Assembly (NCBI GenBank): GCA_965113315.1
Contig: OZ220369.1
Direction: 5' to 3' (one strand)
Source of the DNA: Podarcis vaucheri
Lineage: Eukaryota
DNA: 64,000 nt
The translations under genes were made by a program, and so were the position numbers. Shown here piece by piece: positions 24,001-35,948 of the stretch (position 1 is its first letter; each line of letters begins with the position of its first letter). The notes under the pieces are model-generated. The model made no database searches and had not been told where the DNA came from. It saw only the letters and a list, made by a program, of their open reading frames with translations.

Positions 24001-26878
24001 AGCCAGAGGGGTGCGGTAGGGTGCCCCCATGGGAGCAGGTGTAGCAATCATACCTCTCCCAGATTCCTACTAGAAAGCATGGACTCTTACTGCACCCTAG
24101 AACTCTAAATTTCCCTGCGCATGTCAGTGTGACATGCTCTGTGCAGCACCTCCAACAGAACAACTCTCAAAGGCAGCCAAGCTACCTCTTTCGGCTCCTG
24201 TCCTCTTAACCTAAACCAACACAAAGACTGCAACCTTTAAACCTGTTAGTGTTATCTAATGACTGTTCCATCTACAAGAGCTTTTCTAATAGAAACAGGC
24301 CACGATGGCTTATCTCTGTGCACAAGCCAGCCCTCAAAGAACCGCCAGCTTGATTGAGCGCAGTAATGGAAGGCAGGAAATGAGAAGGCTTGGTTAAGCC
24401 GCGGATAATCGATCAGTGTATTCAGCGGAGTGTGAGCTGAGCCAGGGAATAAGCAGCTCGGGGTATCCAATACTGTGCCTTCCAGTACAGAAAAGTCCCA
24501 TTTCTGTGATCTATGCAGGAGAAAGAATAATTTATTGACACAACAATATAGGATTCCCCCCTCCTCACCCCCTGCAACATACATATGCCAAAAATGTCTT
24601 GCTTTTCACATTTGTTATTCTTTACAGTGCAGAAAGAAAAATCTTTCACGCCTCCCATCCTCAGCAAGCTGAATGACAAAGCTGAATAGTGGCTTGTGTT
24701 GTTCCGAACAACTCGTGAACCTGGAAATTACCGGTAATTCACAGCCCCGTTTGTCAATTCTTTCAAATGTAAGGAAAGTGTTCTCTTTGCCTTCCAAAGT
24801 CCAGTATTTTTGCACTGTGTATGTGGAGTGTCCCATTTTTAATGTGTGCAACTGTGATTCGCCTGTCGACAGCTGGAATAAAACAGGTGAAATCTCAGAA
24901 TCAATCTTAAGGTTTTAAGTTATTGCCAATTTAGACATGCTGGCAAAGTAAACAATCTGGAGACCCAGGGTGGGGGGGTGGGGGGGCGCTCAAATTGTTA
25001 GAATTTGAAGGACAAGCAACTCACCACTGGAGAAGATAGAAAGGCAAGGCTCAGCTTAAGAGGGGGAGAAAGATTTTCTCCCATTTTTATTTTTACAATA
25101 GGGGTGGGGAAGCAACCTGTATCTTCCTGAATATCTCCAGTTTTTCCTCCAGGCCTTCACATTTCTGCTCAGGAATGGGTCAAGGATAACCTTGGCCGTC
25201 GCAAGGAACCCAGATGAGAAGCTGCTATATGCTGTGACAGTAAAGAAGGAGCCAGATCAAAATGAGACCTCTAGGTGCTGCTCCTTTCGAAAGATGCTCA
25301 TCAAGAAGACATCCTATGCCCAAAAACCTGGTTTTGGAAGAAGTAGTTTTATTTTACATTTTGTGCATTTTTTAAAAAAATGTTTTACACAGGCAGCATT
25401 AGAAAGAGGCATCAATGTAAGATAGTGGTAGCTGGCACCTATTGGGACTGGTGAGTTGGAAAACAGGGAGGCCAACAGCAGGTGGCGCCAGAGCCAATGA
25501 CTGGCAAAACCGACTCATTCCATTTTGACACCATCCCACTCCTTGTTTATTTCCTCAGAAGCAACACAAAAGAATTAAGAGGAGGAAGAAGCTGATAGCC
25601 AGAGCTACCCATTGATTAGACTACAGTAATTGTAAGTAAGAAGTCAGGCAGGTGGGGGGGGGCAAGCTAAGGGCAGAATGAGGCTGGTAGGGCAGTGTCT
25701 CATTTGCTCTAATGAACCAGCCTCCACTGAACAAGTGTCCCCGTCCTAAGGTAAGAATTCAGAGCCACTACAAAATCTGTTTATAGATGGCCGTAAAAAT
25801 TTACTGTTTAAGAGCCTACTAATCCTTTTCATGTCTGCAGCTAGAAATCTATTAAGATAATATTGGAAAACAGCCACTAAATTAACTCTGGAGGCCTAGT
25901 GGAGTAGACTGTAGAAGATTGCTTTTTTGGAAAAACTAACAAAGCATCTTTGAGCACTATTTCAAAACGATTTTGAAATAATATGTTTATTCAATACACA
26001 GGAAAGGATAAAAGTTATCTTCTCACCACCAGCTATCCCCGGCTCACTCTGGGGCAATCTGGTAAGACAGAGAGTAAAGACACTAAACGGGTATAGTCAA
26101 CTCTAAACTATTATCCAAGCCTGCCAGATATTTGACTGTGCATGGAAGGATTTGGGGGGATGGAGTACACAGAGGCTGTTTTCAGAAACAAAAATGTTTT
26201 TAGAAATGAATTCAGAGCCACACAATGTTGCATGCAACAAAGCTCAGACCTGCAAAGGCAGAAGGCGTGATGCCAAAAGCAAACAGAAGCAGTCTTCCAG
26301 TTTGCTTAAAACAAGAGCAATTTATTTCCCTATATGTTCCTTTTCGGCTTCGCTGAACTGAAAATTCAGAACACCTCTGTGCTCAGAGAAATGGGGTGGG
26401 GATATATACTTCTTTCTAAAGTGCACTGTTATTTTTATATTGCAAAGAAAGTATTTTACCTTCATCACGGGAAAGTGTGTGTGTGTGTGTGTACGTGCGC
26501 TCACAGAAAAAAATAATAAACACTATCATAAACCATTTCACAAAAGGTCACAGGCCACTGCTTACTATCTCTCAATTAATCCCACTGAGGCATCTTTCCA
26601 CTCTGTTTCTTGCTTTATGTTCTTTGAATTTCGCTCTGTAACACCTGATGTCAGATAAGCCAAGCAGAAGCATTCATTGCTAGCAGCCTCTCTTTTTTGC
26701 TTATAGGTGGCATGCTACAAGGGTAAGGGGCACAGATTGTGTTCCTTAAACCATATTTCAGTCTTACACATCTTTGTTTTGGTACTAGACCACTGCTCCT
26801 CTCACTGCAGACCAGTAGTTCCCAAACTGTGACACAGAACTGAGAATATATCCTTGACATAAATGAATGATCCCTGTT

Positions 26879-27065
26879 GGGAAGGGTAGTTCAATGGCAA
26901 GAGCATCTGCTTTGCATGCTGAAGGACCTAGGTTCAATTCACAGCATCTCCATGTAGGGCTGGGAATATTCCCCCATCGGAAAACCTGGAGAGCTGAGGC
27001 CAGTCGGACAAACCTGAGCTAGATGGACCAATGGTCTGACCAACTACAAGGATGTTTCTTATGAG
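26879..27065 (+). mobile_element. tRNA-derived SINE (Squam3-like)
   Basis: AGAGCATCTGCTTTGCATG..GGTTCAAT head and GAGCTAGATGGACCAATGGTCTGAC body shared with 43603-43780. Confidence 0.7.
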
Positions 27066-27399
27066 TTCAGATACACTCAACAGAGGCTGCTGCCCACTGC
27101 TCTTCTGGCCAGTTTACTGCTCTGTTTTTGTCTCCTTCCAGTCAGCTTACTTTGGAGAATAGATAACTATTTGATCTATGCACTAGGGGCAACTAAACAG
27201 GGGTGGTGCATCCCATTTCGCTGCTTGAGGAGAAATAGGAAGTGCTGCTTTGCCGTGCCGCCACCACTCCCATCACCACTACCTGCCACTGCCGCCCACT
27301 CTGCCACTGCTGTGTGCCCTGCCAGGAGGCCCTGATTTCAGGTAAGATCACACCAATTTTGGGTGGGAGTGGTGAATCCAGCCCACGGACGGTCCAGGA

Positions 27400-27641
27400 A
27401 TCAGCGTGTTCTTACATGAGTAGAATGTGTGCTTTTATTTAAAATTCATCTCTGGGTTATTTGTGGGGCCTGCCTGGTGTTTTTACATGAGTAGAATGTG
27501 TGCTTTTATTTAAAATGCATCTCTGGGTTATTTGTGGGGCATAGGAATTCGTTCATTTTTCCCCCAAAATATAGTCTGGCCCCCCACAAGGTCTGAGGGA
27601 CAGTGGACCAGCCCCCTGCTGAAAAGGTTTGCTGACCCCTG
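27400..27641. mobile_element. hAT (Charlie/OposCharlie1-like) element end with an internal ~65-bp duplication
   Basis: Ends ...GGTCTGAGGGACAGTGGACCAGCCCCCTGCTGAAAAGGTTTGCTGACCCCTG. The TTACATGAGTAGAATGTGTGC...TTGTGGGGC block occurs twice. Confidence 0.65.
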
Positions 27642-27770
27642 CCCTGTTAGGAATCCTTTGACCAACAGTTGAACTGGATGATGCCCGACACCCACCCACC
27701 CCAGTTCTAGTATGATGAGAGAAAAACTTTCTCCCCTTCAATATATATATACACATACATACATACACAC

Positions 27771-27771
<1 letters not shown>

Positions 27772-27816
<45 letters not shown>
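27772..27816. repeat. (TAA)n microsatellite, probably the tail of the adjacent L2
   Basis: Read directly from the sequence. Confidence 0.9.
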
Positions 27817-27817
<1 letters not shown>

Positions 27818-28130
27818 TTATACCCTGCCTGTCTGGCTAGGTTTTCCCAGCCACTCTGGGTGGCTTCCAACAAAATATTAAAATACAATAGTCCATTTAA
27901 CATTAAAAGCTTCCCTAAACAGGGATGCCTTCAGATGTCTTCTAAAAGTCTGATAGTTGTTTCTCTCTTTGACATCTGCTGGGAAGGCATTCCACAGGCA
28001 TGCCACCACCAAGATGTCCCTCTGCCTGGTTCCCTGTAACTTGGCTTCTTGCAATGAGGGAACTGCCAGAAGGCCCTCCGCACTGGACCTCAGTATCCAG
28101 GCAGAACGATGGGGGAGGAGATGCTCCTTT
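27817..28130 (-). mobile_element. 5'-truncated L2 LINE 3' end
   Basis: Typical L2 3' region (minus strand ...TGGAATGCCTTCCCAGCAGATGTC...GGAAGCCACCCAGAGTGGCTGGG) ending in the microsatellite tail. Confidence 0.65.
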
Positions 28131-29207
28131 CCATTTGCTTTAAACTCCTTTAAGTTTCACTGCTAAACTTCATAATTCACTCTTCATGCACAATTAAAGA
28201 GAAACTCCAGAGAAACGGTTTCCCAGACACCTGGCATTTCAGGCACTGGCACTTGCAAAACGTATGCTTATGTAAACATACTTTGTGTACTGTAGACACA
28301 CATACACAGAAAGAAATCCCTGCACCAGATCATCCAGCCCAACAGGATCAAAACTGGAAGGCAAAGCCAGCCCTGCTCACCCACCTGCAGTGAGGAAAAG
28401 GGGTTTGCAATAGCAAAAGCCCACCTGCCAGATCATTACTCAACCAGCAGCAACAAGCCTCCAGGAGGGTTCCTAGCAGCTTGTCGCTTCCCATGCTCCA
28501 AGCCAAGTGCTCCAGAGGAAGAAACCATACAGAGTAAAGGTTTATCAAGAATTGAGATGGTGCGGTTGCGGGTGGCAGGAAGCCCCTTACAACCTGAAGC
28601 GCAAAGGACTGCAGCTAAGCAGCAGAGCTCAAGTTTGCAGACAGTCCAAGGTTCAATCAATGGCAACTCTAGGCAAGGCTGCTGCCAGTCAGTGTAGACG
28701 GTACTGAACAACATGGACTAACAAACTGACCCAGATTAAGGCTATTACCTGTGTTCCTTCATCAATAAGCAAGGCATCAGGCTGTAGGCTAATCCTACTC
28801 TGGATAGGCTCTTTTAAATTAATGGACGTGCCTAACTTAGGTCTGTTAATTTTAACAGGTCTGTTCTTAGAAGGAGTGGCACTGGATACAGCCCACCTTG
28901 TTTGAGGAATCTGTGCTGGATGCAAACCTGCTACTGCGCCACATTCAAGGTTCTGATACTAACTTAAAAGGCCCTATATACCTCAGCACTGGGTTACTTG
29001 AGACGCTGCCTTATCTCTTACAGACCGAGTAGGTCACTGTGTTCTTCGGCAGTTTCTCAAAGTCCCTAAAATATCAGAAGCCCACTCTTTCAGTGTCAGG
29101 CACCCACTCTCTGGCCTTTCCAGAAACAACTGGGTGAAAAGCGGCATTTTTACAAAAAAATTACAAAATGAAACTGTTTTCCTACTTTTTCAGGTGTTTT
29201 TATGCTT

Positions 29208-29335
29208 TCATAGAATTGTAGAGTTGGAACCCTGAGGATCATCTAGCTTACCCCCCTGCAATAGCTGTCCCGTACAGAGACTGAACCTGCAGGCTTGGCA
29301 TTATTAACACCACGCTCTAACAAACTGAGCTATTT
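29208..29335 (-). mobile_element. SINE with tRNA-like head and CR1-derived 3' tail
   Basis: Minus strand ATAGCTCAGTTTGTTAGAGCGTGGTGTTAATAA...GGTTCA head, ending CCAACTCTACAATTCTATGA. Confidence 0.6.
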
Positions 29336-32300
29336 AGCTGCCATTAGATGGATGTAAAAGTGAATCCATATAACAGAATAATAAGAATAAGCATACACAC
29401 ACATATGTACACAGGAGGGCCTAGTTCAGATGTCACATTAAACCAGTTTTAAATTAAACTATGGTTTAACATGAACAAACAACATGTATTAGCATGCTCT
29501 GCTCCTTCCTTTAGGCAACCAGGAAGGAAACAGACCAGAGGCTGGCTACACGTTACATGTTTCTGTCCAAACAAAACACAAGCTCTAGTTATCACATAAC
29601 GTGAAGCCAGCCTCTCGACTGTTTCCTCCTGGGCCTGCCAAAGGTAGGATTGGAGCAGGAGCTCAGGGGTAGTCTGAGCAGTGGGTTAAAACACAGTGTA
29701 ATTTTAACTATGGTTTAGCTTGACATCTGAACCAAGCCAGGGTGTTCTACAGTGTTGTTCCACTTAGAGGAACAGACGTTATGAGAACATGGCCCCCATC
29801 ATCTCTCTTCCTCTCAAATCCTGTAGTCTTTCCAAGTGTAAAAATCTAAAGGCCACAAGACTGCACAGATTCTGCCTTCTCTCTTAACAAATCTCTACAG
29901 GAGTTTCCTCAACGGGTGCTGATGGATAGAATACACTCACTGAAATGAGCCACAGTGACTTTTGAGGCCTGGTGGCGACTCACTACTGAACAACTTGGTT
30001 GGGGGCAGAGAGAAACAGCTTGGTAGTTGGGATGTAGCCAAGGAAGAAAGAGGTCTGAGTTTTGCAGTTTGGTTGGGTGAAAGGGACTTGAAGGAGGAGG
30101 CTCCAAGGTCATGCGACTGCCTTGGAGGCGAGGGGGGCAACTGTGACACTGCATGAAAAGACAAAGAACTGCATCTGGTCGCTTGCCTGCTCTCTTCCCA
30201 GCTCAACCTATATATTTATGAACAAACAGGTAACACAACATACACCCGAGGATTGAAGTGCTCCCTTTCTTTATTTGCAAGGAAACTGACCCAGCAGCAG
30301 CTGACCTGGAACCTCCTGGTTGCTTAGTAAGGCAAGGAAGTGTTCAAACAATACGAAAGGGACAATTCTTATTAGAACAATTCAAAAGAAGGCCATAAAC
30401 ACTTCTAACCCCAGCTTTTCTTCTCCCCACTCAACCTCTTTCCTGCTCCACTCTACTCTGATTACAGATTAGGGCTCTCCCACCAAAGCAAATTTGGCAG
30501 CAGGGCTGCTGAAGGGAGTATTGATAGCACAACCCTCCTCCTTCCGCACTTTGCCTGATTAGCATTTCTATTGCTGCGCAGGGCACAGAGGACGCTGTAA
30601 ATCAAACACACTCAGTGTCAAGCACAATAACCAAAACAGTTACCTAAACAACTAACGGGTACTGTGAATGCGTTTAACTAAGCATCGAATAAGTGCCCCG
30701 GCAATTAAATTCCATTACGGTTCCTGAGACTTTAAACCTTGAGGAAGGTGAGGCCCAAGTGAAGACGCCCTTCCAGAGGGCTCCTGGCATTTGCTACTAA
30801 AATGCCATTTCTGGCACTGAGTTCGCATCTAATTGCTGAGCAGCACCAGCTGCAGCATCTGTTGCTAACATTAAAAACAAGCTTTGAAGCCGGCACAGGC
30901 AGCTCCAATAGATTCCTCACCTTTGAAAATATCAAGAGGAGGGACAAAGATCCCCCAGAAGCTCACCAAGAAAAATGGCCTTTTAACAACAGAGTACTGA
31001 CAGGGGTTGAAAAGGCTAAATCACCAAAAACACCGAACTGCATAGGACCAAACTGCTTTTTTAAAAAGTGGTTAAAAATATGGTTTAAAGTAGTTCATGG
31101 GGGCGAGAGGAAACTGAGACAGTTCAGCAGGATGTGGTTGTGACAAACCACAACACCAGGAGACAACCAACCAACCAACCCACACAATCAACGGCAATTC
31201 TCTTGTACTTTCAGCTAAAACAGAAACAAAAGCGGGGTGGAGTGGGGTCAGACTTGCCACGTTGGCATCCCACGGCAAGCAGGAGTGTCACACCAAGGGC
31301 AGGAAACTTGGGGATGGGGTAGGGATTCTGCACAAATCCATTCCCTCTTGCTGAGTTATTTGAGGGACCTGGCAGCACCTCCTCACTTTGCCAGCATTCA
31401 AGGGATTGTCATCCCAAACACTGCGTGAATGCGAAAGGGTGTCAACATTTTCACATCATCAGGTTTTCCCATTCAGCGAAATTCCTTCTTGTTGGAACTT
31501 TTTCATAAGCTCCATAACATAAAGCAGATCTTTTGTCATTTTTAAATAAAAGATTGTCGGTGGGTGGGTAACTGTACATAAACACTCGCATGCACACACA
31601 GCTTCTAAAAGCCCCCTGCAGAGTGAAAAGTGGTTTGCCACATAATACAAGGGATCTGCTGCTTGAGTAACCCAAGACAAGCCCTGCTGGATAAAGCAAA
31701 AGGGCTCATGCAGACTATTTGCAAACAGTGGCAAATCAGATACTTCTGGAAAGGCCACAGGATGGGCGTGATGGAGATAACAATTACCTACTACTGCTCT
31801 GCCACTACCAGCACCAACCAATATTCAGAGGAATGACACTGCGGAAGACTCTTTAACTAGCAAAGCTCATCCTTGTGGATAGACCTGTCTTTGGTAAAAC
31901 GCGCCTGATCCCCTTTCAAAGCCACCTAAGCCCATTGCTATCACTGCATCTTGCAGCAGAGAGGCACAAACCCCAAACCCGTTTGGGGCACATAGAATTA
32001 GTGGCTCAGCTGTCTAGACCCTGGTCACTGGCTCTCATTTGATCATGTACTGCAATTGCATACCATATGCACTATTGCCCTAGCAACTGTTGACTATTCA
32101 AGCAAACATTCCTGTTATGAATTATTTGCATGTTCAATGTTCCAGCTATCAGAATTGTTCTGTGTACACACATTCTGGCTATCTTTAATTAGATTTCATT
32201 ACCTTAATTGAGATGATGAGCATGTTTCTCTATCTACATCTTCAGTTTGCTTTGTATATTCTGCACAGTACTTTGTATGTTCAGCACAGCGTTAGGTACA

Positions 32301-33920
32301 ATTTTTATCTGATCTTTCCTTTCAAGGAACTCAGTGTTGCACACATGATCACCCCATACAATTTTTTTATCATTGCGACCCAGTGAGTCAGGTACGGCTT
32401 TCTGACTGGGTGGGGTTGGAAACCTGGTCACTCCGGTCTACATCCAATCCATGAATCACTACACCATTTTGGCTCTCAAAAGAGAAATACCTCAAGCAAT
32501 GTCATGTTGACCATTCAGGAGAGATGGATGGAAATGTGGATTAATGGACATTCCTGCAAATTTGAAAGTTGATGGCACAATAACCGGTTTTAATTTTTCT
32601 AACAAATTCCCTATCTTCAGGGAAATCTCTCCCTGAAGAGAGTTAACACCTCTATGCATTGCTAAGCATTGCGAAGTATGTCTTGTGGTGCATACCCAAT
32701 TGATAAGAGGTAAAGGGCAAGTCTATTGAGCATCACTGTAGACCCATGAGAACCCATACATTAAAACACTTTGCTGTTATTGCACTTTAGAGAGCACAGG
32801 TGGGAGGCACTTGCCAGTCTCTGTTGACAATACTGAGATAGATGGACCAATGATCTGATTTTGTATCAGGCAGAGCTACCTGTGTCCCTGTGTTCATTAC
32901 TAATATTTGAAATAAGGCATCTCAGGGTTTCCAAAATCACAGTTTCAATCAGCTATACTTTTAAAAAAATCACACAGTGCCTATTTCTTTGTTTATTTAT
33001 TGCTGTGATTTATTACTGGGGTTTTCTTGTGTGTGTCACTTTAAAAAGGAAAAGCTCACAACCACACTTCACGTTTCCATGTCTTGTTTTGTTCACCAAA
33101 GCCAGCAAGCATCTGTGTAGGAAGAAAGAGCACCCGGGGGTCACGCCCTGCCTAATCAGAGGTGAAGATTATGCAGCAGACAGAATTACACAGAGTAGCA
33201 GGTTACACAGGCAAATGCAGGGATGGGGGGGGGGGAAGGAGGAAATCAACAGCTGCAGCATCCAGATGAAAGATTTATGATGATATTTTACCACACGCCA
33301 AAGGAATTTTGCACTTCAGAGTGTGAAAATCTTTTTTGCTCAGGGGGCCAGCCTGTTCTGGAACTCAAAAAGCTTAGATTAGAAGGCAACAAACAATATT
33401 TTGAGATTTTTATATATTTTTTTAAATGCACAGACGGTAACCTGAAAATCAGCAAACACACACATACACAATGGATTCAGAAGGCTTTCCAGCAGCCCAT
33501 TGCCTGGCATTAACACGATGGGCTGTACTCCATTCTGGTCTACCTAGGTCGCAGCGGTATTTTTTTGATCAGGTTACACAGCACAAGGAGATGAAATTTC
33601 TTATGAGTGCTTGTGTAATACAAATATGTAAAGCTGTGCTCTTAGTCGGAGGCCAGGAGATATGAGGACTTGGCAAAAGGAGAAAAAACATAACCTTCTG
33701 GGGAATGTGTTTTTTTTGACAGAAAGGTTATTGGGGGGGGGGGACGGGGACACCAGAGTAGCTGTATTTCTGAGGGAGATGCCCAGAGCAGAAGACAGTA
33801 TTATGGATTACATTCCTACTTTTGATGTGGGGTTTTTTTGTGATAAGCCTGGAAGCTAAAAAGGCACCAGAGAGCTGAAATTATCTAATTGATCCGCACA
33901 CAAAAAGGTAACCTCTCTTT

Positions 33921-33991
33921 TAAAAACTCCCTTGAAAAGACAAGGGATTGTCTGACTAAAAACTCCCTTGAAAAGACAAGGGATTGTCTGA
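33921..33991. repeat. Two-copy ~36-bp tandem duplication
   Basis: TAAAAACTCCCTTGAAAAGACAAGGGATTGTCTGAC repeated directly. Confidence 0.9.
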
Positions 33992-34386
33992 CAATCCACG
34001 ACAGAGTTAAGAAGCCCAGGGTGACTCACCAAAAACTACAATAAGATAGAGAGCATAAATTAACATCTTTATCCTTGACAGGGCCAAAGCATGTATATTT
34101 TATTGTCTTAATTAAAGGGATCTCACTATAAATTGAACATCTGGGCTGCAGAGACTGCCACTGTGGTCTCAACAGCTGCAAGGGAGATATCCTGGGCATT
34201 GAAGTCAACCATCCACCACCTGGCGGCTAAGAGTAACTGGACATGGGGGGGGGGGGAGAGAGGAGGCCACAGTTTTGTTATCAAGCATGCAACTTGTTCC
34301 TGGAAAATTTGATGCTACTGTCTACCTACCTATTCTTCCCAGTCTCCTTCCCCCATTGTACAACGTGTGCGCACACACACACCATT

Positions 34387-34604
34387 TCTGAGTCGTGCCC
34401 GCTGCCTGCCCCAGCTCTTTATAAAGTCAGGGCAGGTGCCCAAGATAGCTCTGAAGGCTGTTCGGCTGCCATTGCACCACACTAGCCCTTCCCCATCTCT
34501 GAATCGTGCCCGCTGCCTGCCCCAGCTCTTTATAACGTCAGGGCAGGTGCCCAAGATAGCTCTGAAGGCTGTTCGGCTGCCATTGCACCACACTAGTCCT
34601 TCCC
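34387..34604. repeat. Two-copy 111-bp tandem duplication
   Basis: TCTGAGTCGTGCCCGCTGCC...CACTAGCCCTTCCC starts at 34387 and again at 34498 with few mismatches. Confidence 0.9.
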
Positions 34605-35540
34605 CTGGCAGAGAAAAGCTACATGACACCACTCCAGCTGCCTGCTCAGGCTGGTCACTGGCAGAAGATGCCAAGATGTGCAGGACCTCTTATTGGGAAA
34701 GAGGTTGGCAGAACCAGCCATGTCAAAGAAGTTGTTCCACTGCACTCTTTCCCCAAAGCTCTTTTAAAGAGCATTTGTTCTGGATTACTAACTAACCAAC
34801 CAAAGTATCATTGAGAATGTACCAGAAGTCGTAAAAAAAAAAAACCTCCTGTATTGTTTGGCTGTAAGCTATAACAAAAATGAAAAGGGACATCCAGAGT
34901 TGAGCCGTGGTAGCTGGGACTGATGGAAGTTGTAGCTCCAACTTTCTGGTTGGTGAAGCCCAGGGCAATAACTGAATTCTTTCATTGTTCCTTTGCAACT
35001 TTTCATGTGTGCAAAGGGCAAACCAAGAACAGTTGTGTTTGCTGCCATCAAGCAATGCAGCCTAGCCACAACATCAGAAGAGCAGCAGCTGCCAAAAGGG
35101 GAACACAAGTATGACAATTACCTTTTCCCACCACTGAAAGAGGACCACAAATTGAGTTCTGCCATGCTGCAGTACACAGGGAGTGCCTCATACACCCAGA
35201 GACAAAGCATATGTCCACCCAGTTCAGCATTGCCTACAAGGACTGCCAACAGATCTCTGGAATTTCAGGGGTTCTCTCCCAACCCTACCTGGGGATGCCA
35301 CTGGGGATTGAACCCAAGACCTTCGGCATGCTAAACAGATGATTTGCCACTGAACTACAGCCCTTCCCCTTTGTCCTCCCTGGGAGACAATCTAAGTTTC
35401 TACCACCATACTCACTAGTCACCACAGAGGCTCAATTTGAGCCCAGTTACCAACAAATCTGAGCAGCTGAACAGTAGGGCTGGGCGATAACTGGTTTTCA
35501 ATATCGTAATATATCACCAGATAAATATTGTGATATATCG

Positions 35541-35948
35541 TGTGATGGGATGATTAGCTGCTTGTGCGTAAAATCGTGCTCCCTCAGAGTTTGTGCCACT
35601 CCACAAACCTCTGTGTGTGACAGAGCTCCTCAAACATGTCTGCCCTAGTCACTCGTAGATTCCGACAGTGGTTGCTTTCGGAATCGTCTCCAGCATAAGA
35701 GCTCCTTAACGGAAACCCGCCTTCTGGACTCACGGCGTGACAGTTTCCGGCGAGGCGTGGGTCTCCCTATGGGAGCCTCAGATACCTCCCCACTGTTCTC
35801 GCTGGAAGCGTCTCTGAGCCCTCCCTCCTGCTCGCATTCCCTCAGAGATCCACTCCTCCCCCTGCTGGTTCCTGCTTCAGCTGTTGAGTCTCTTCCTTCC
35901 TCCCTGAGCCCCTCCACCACCTGTTTCTCCGATGGCAGTTCCCTGACA
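35541..35948 (-). repeat. 3' LTR (408 bp)
   Basis: No difference from 40605-41012 found by eye; preceded on the minus strand by the PPT. Confidence 0.97.
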
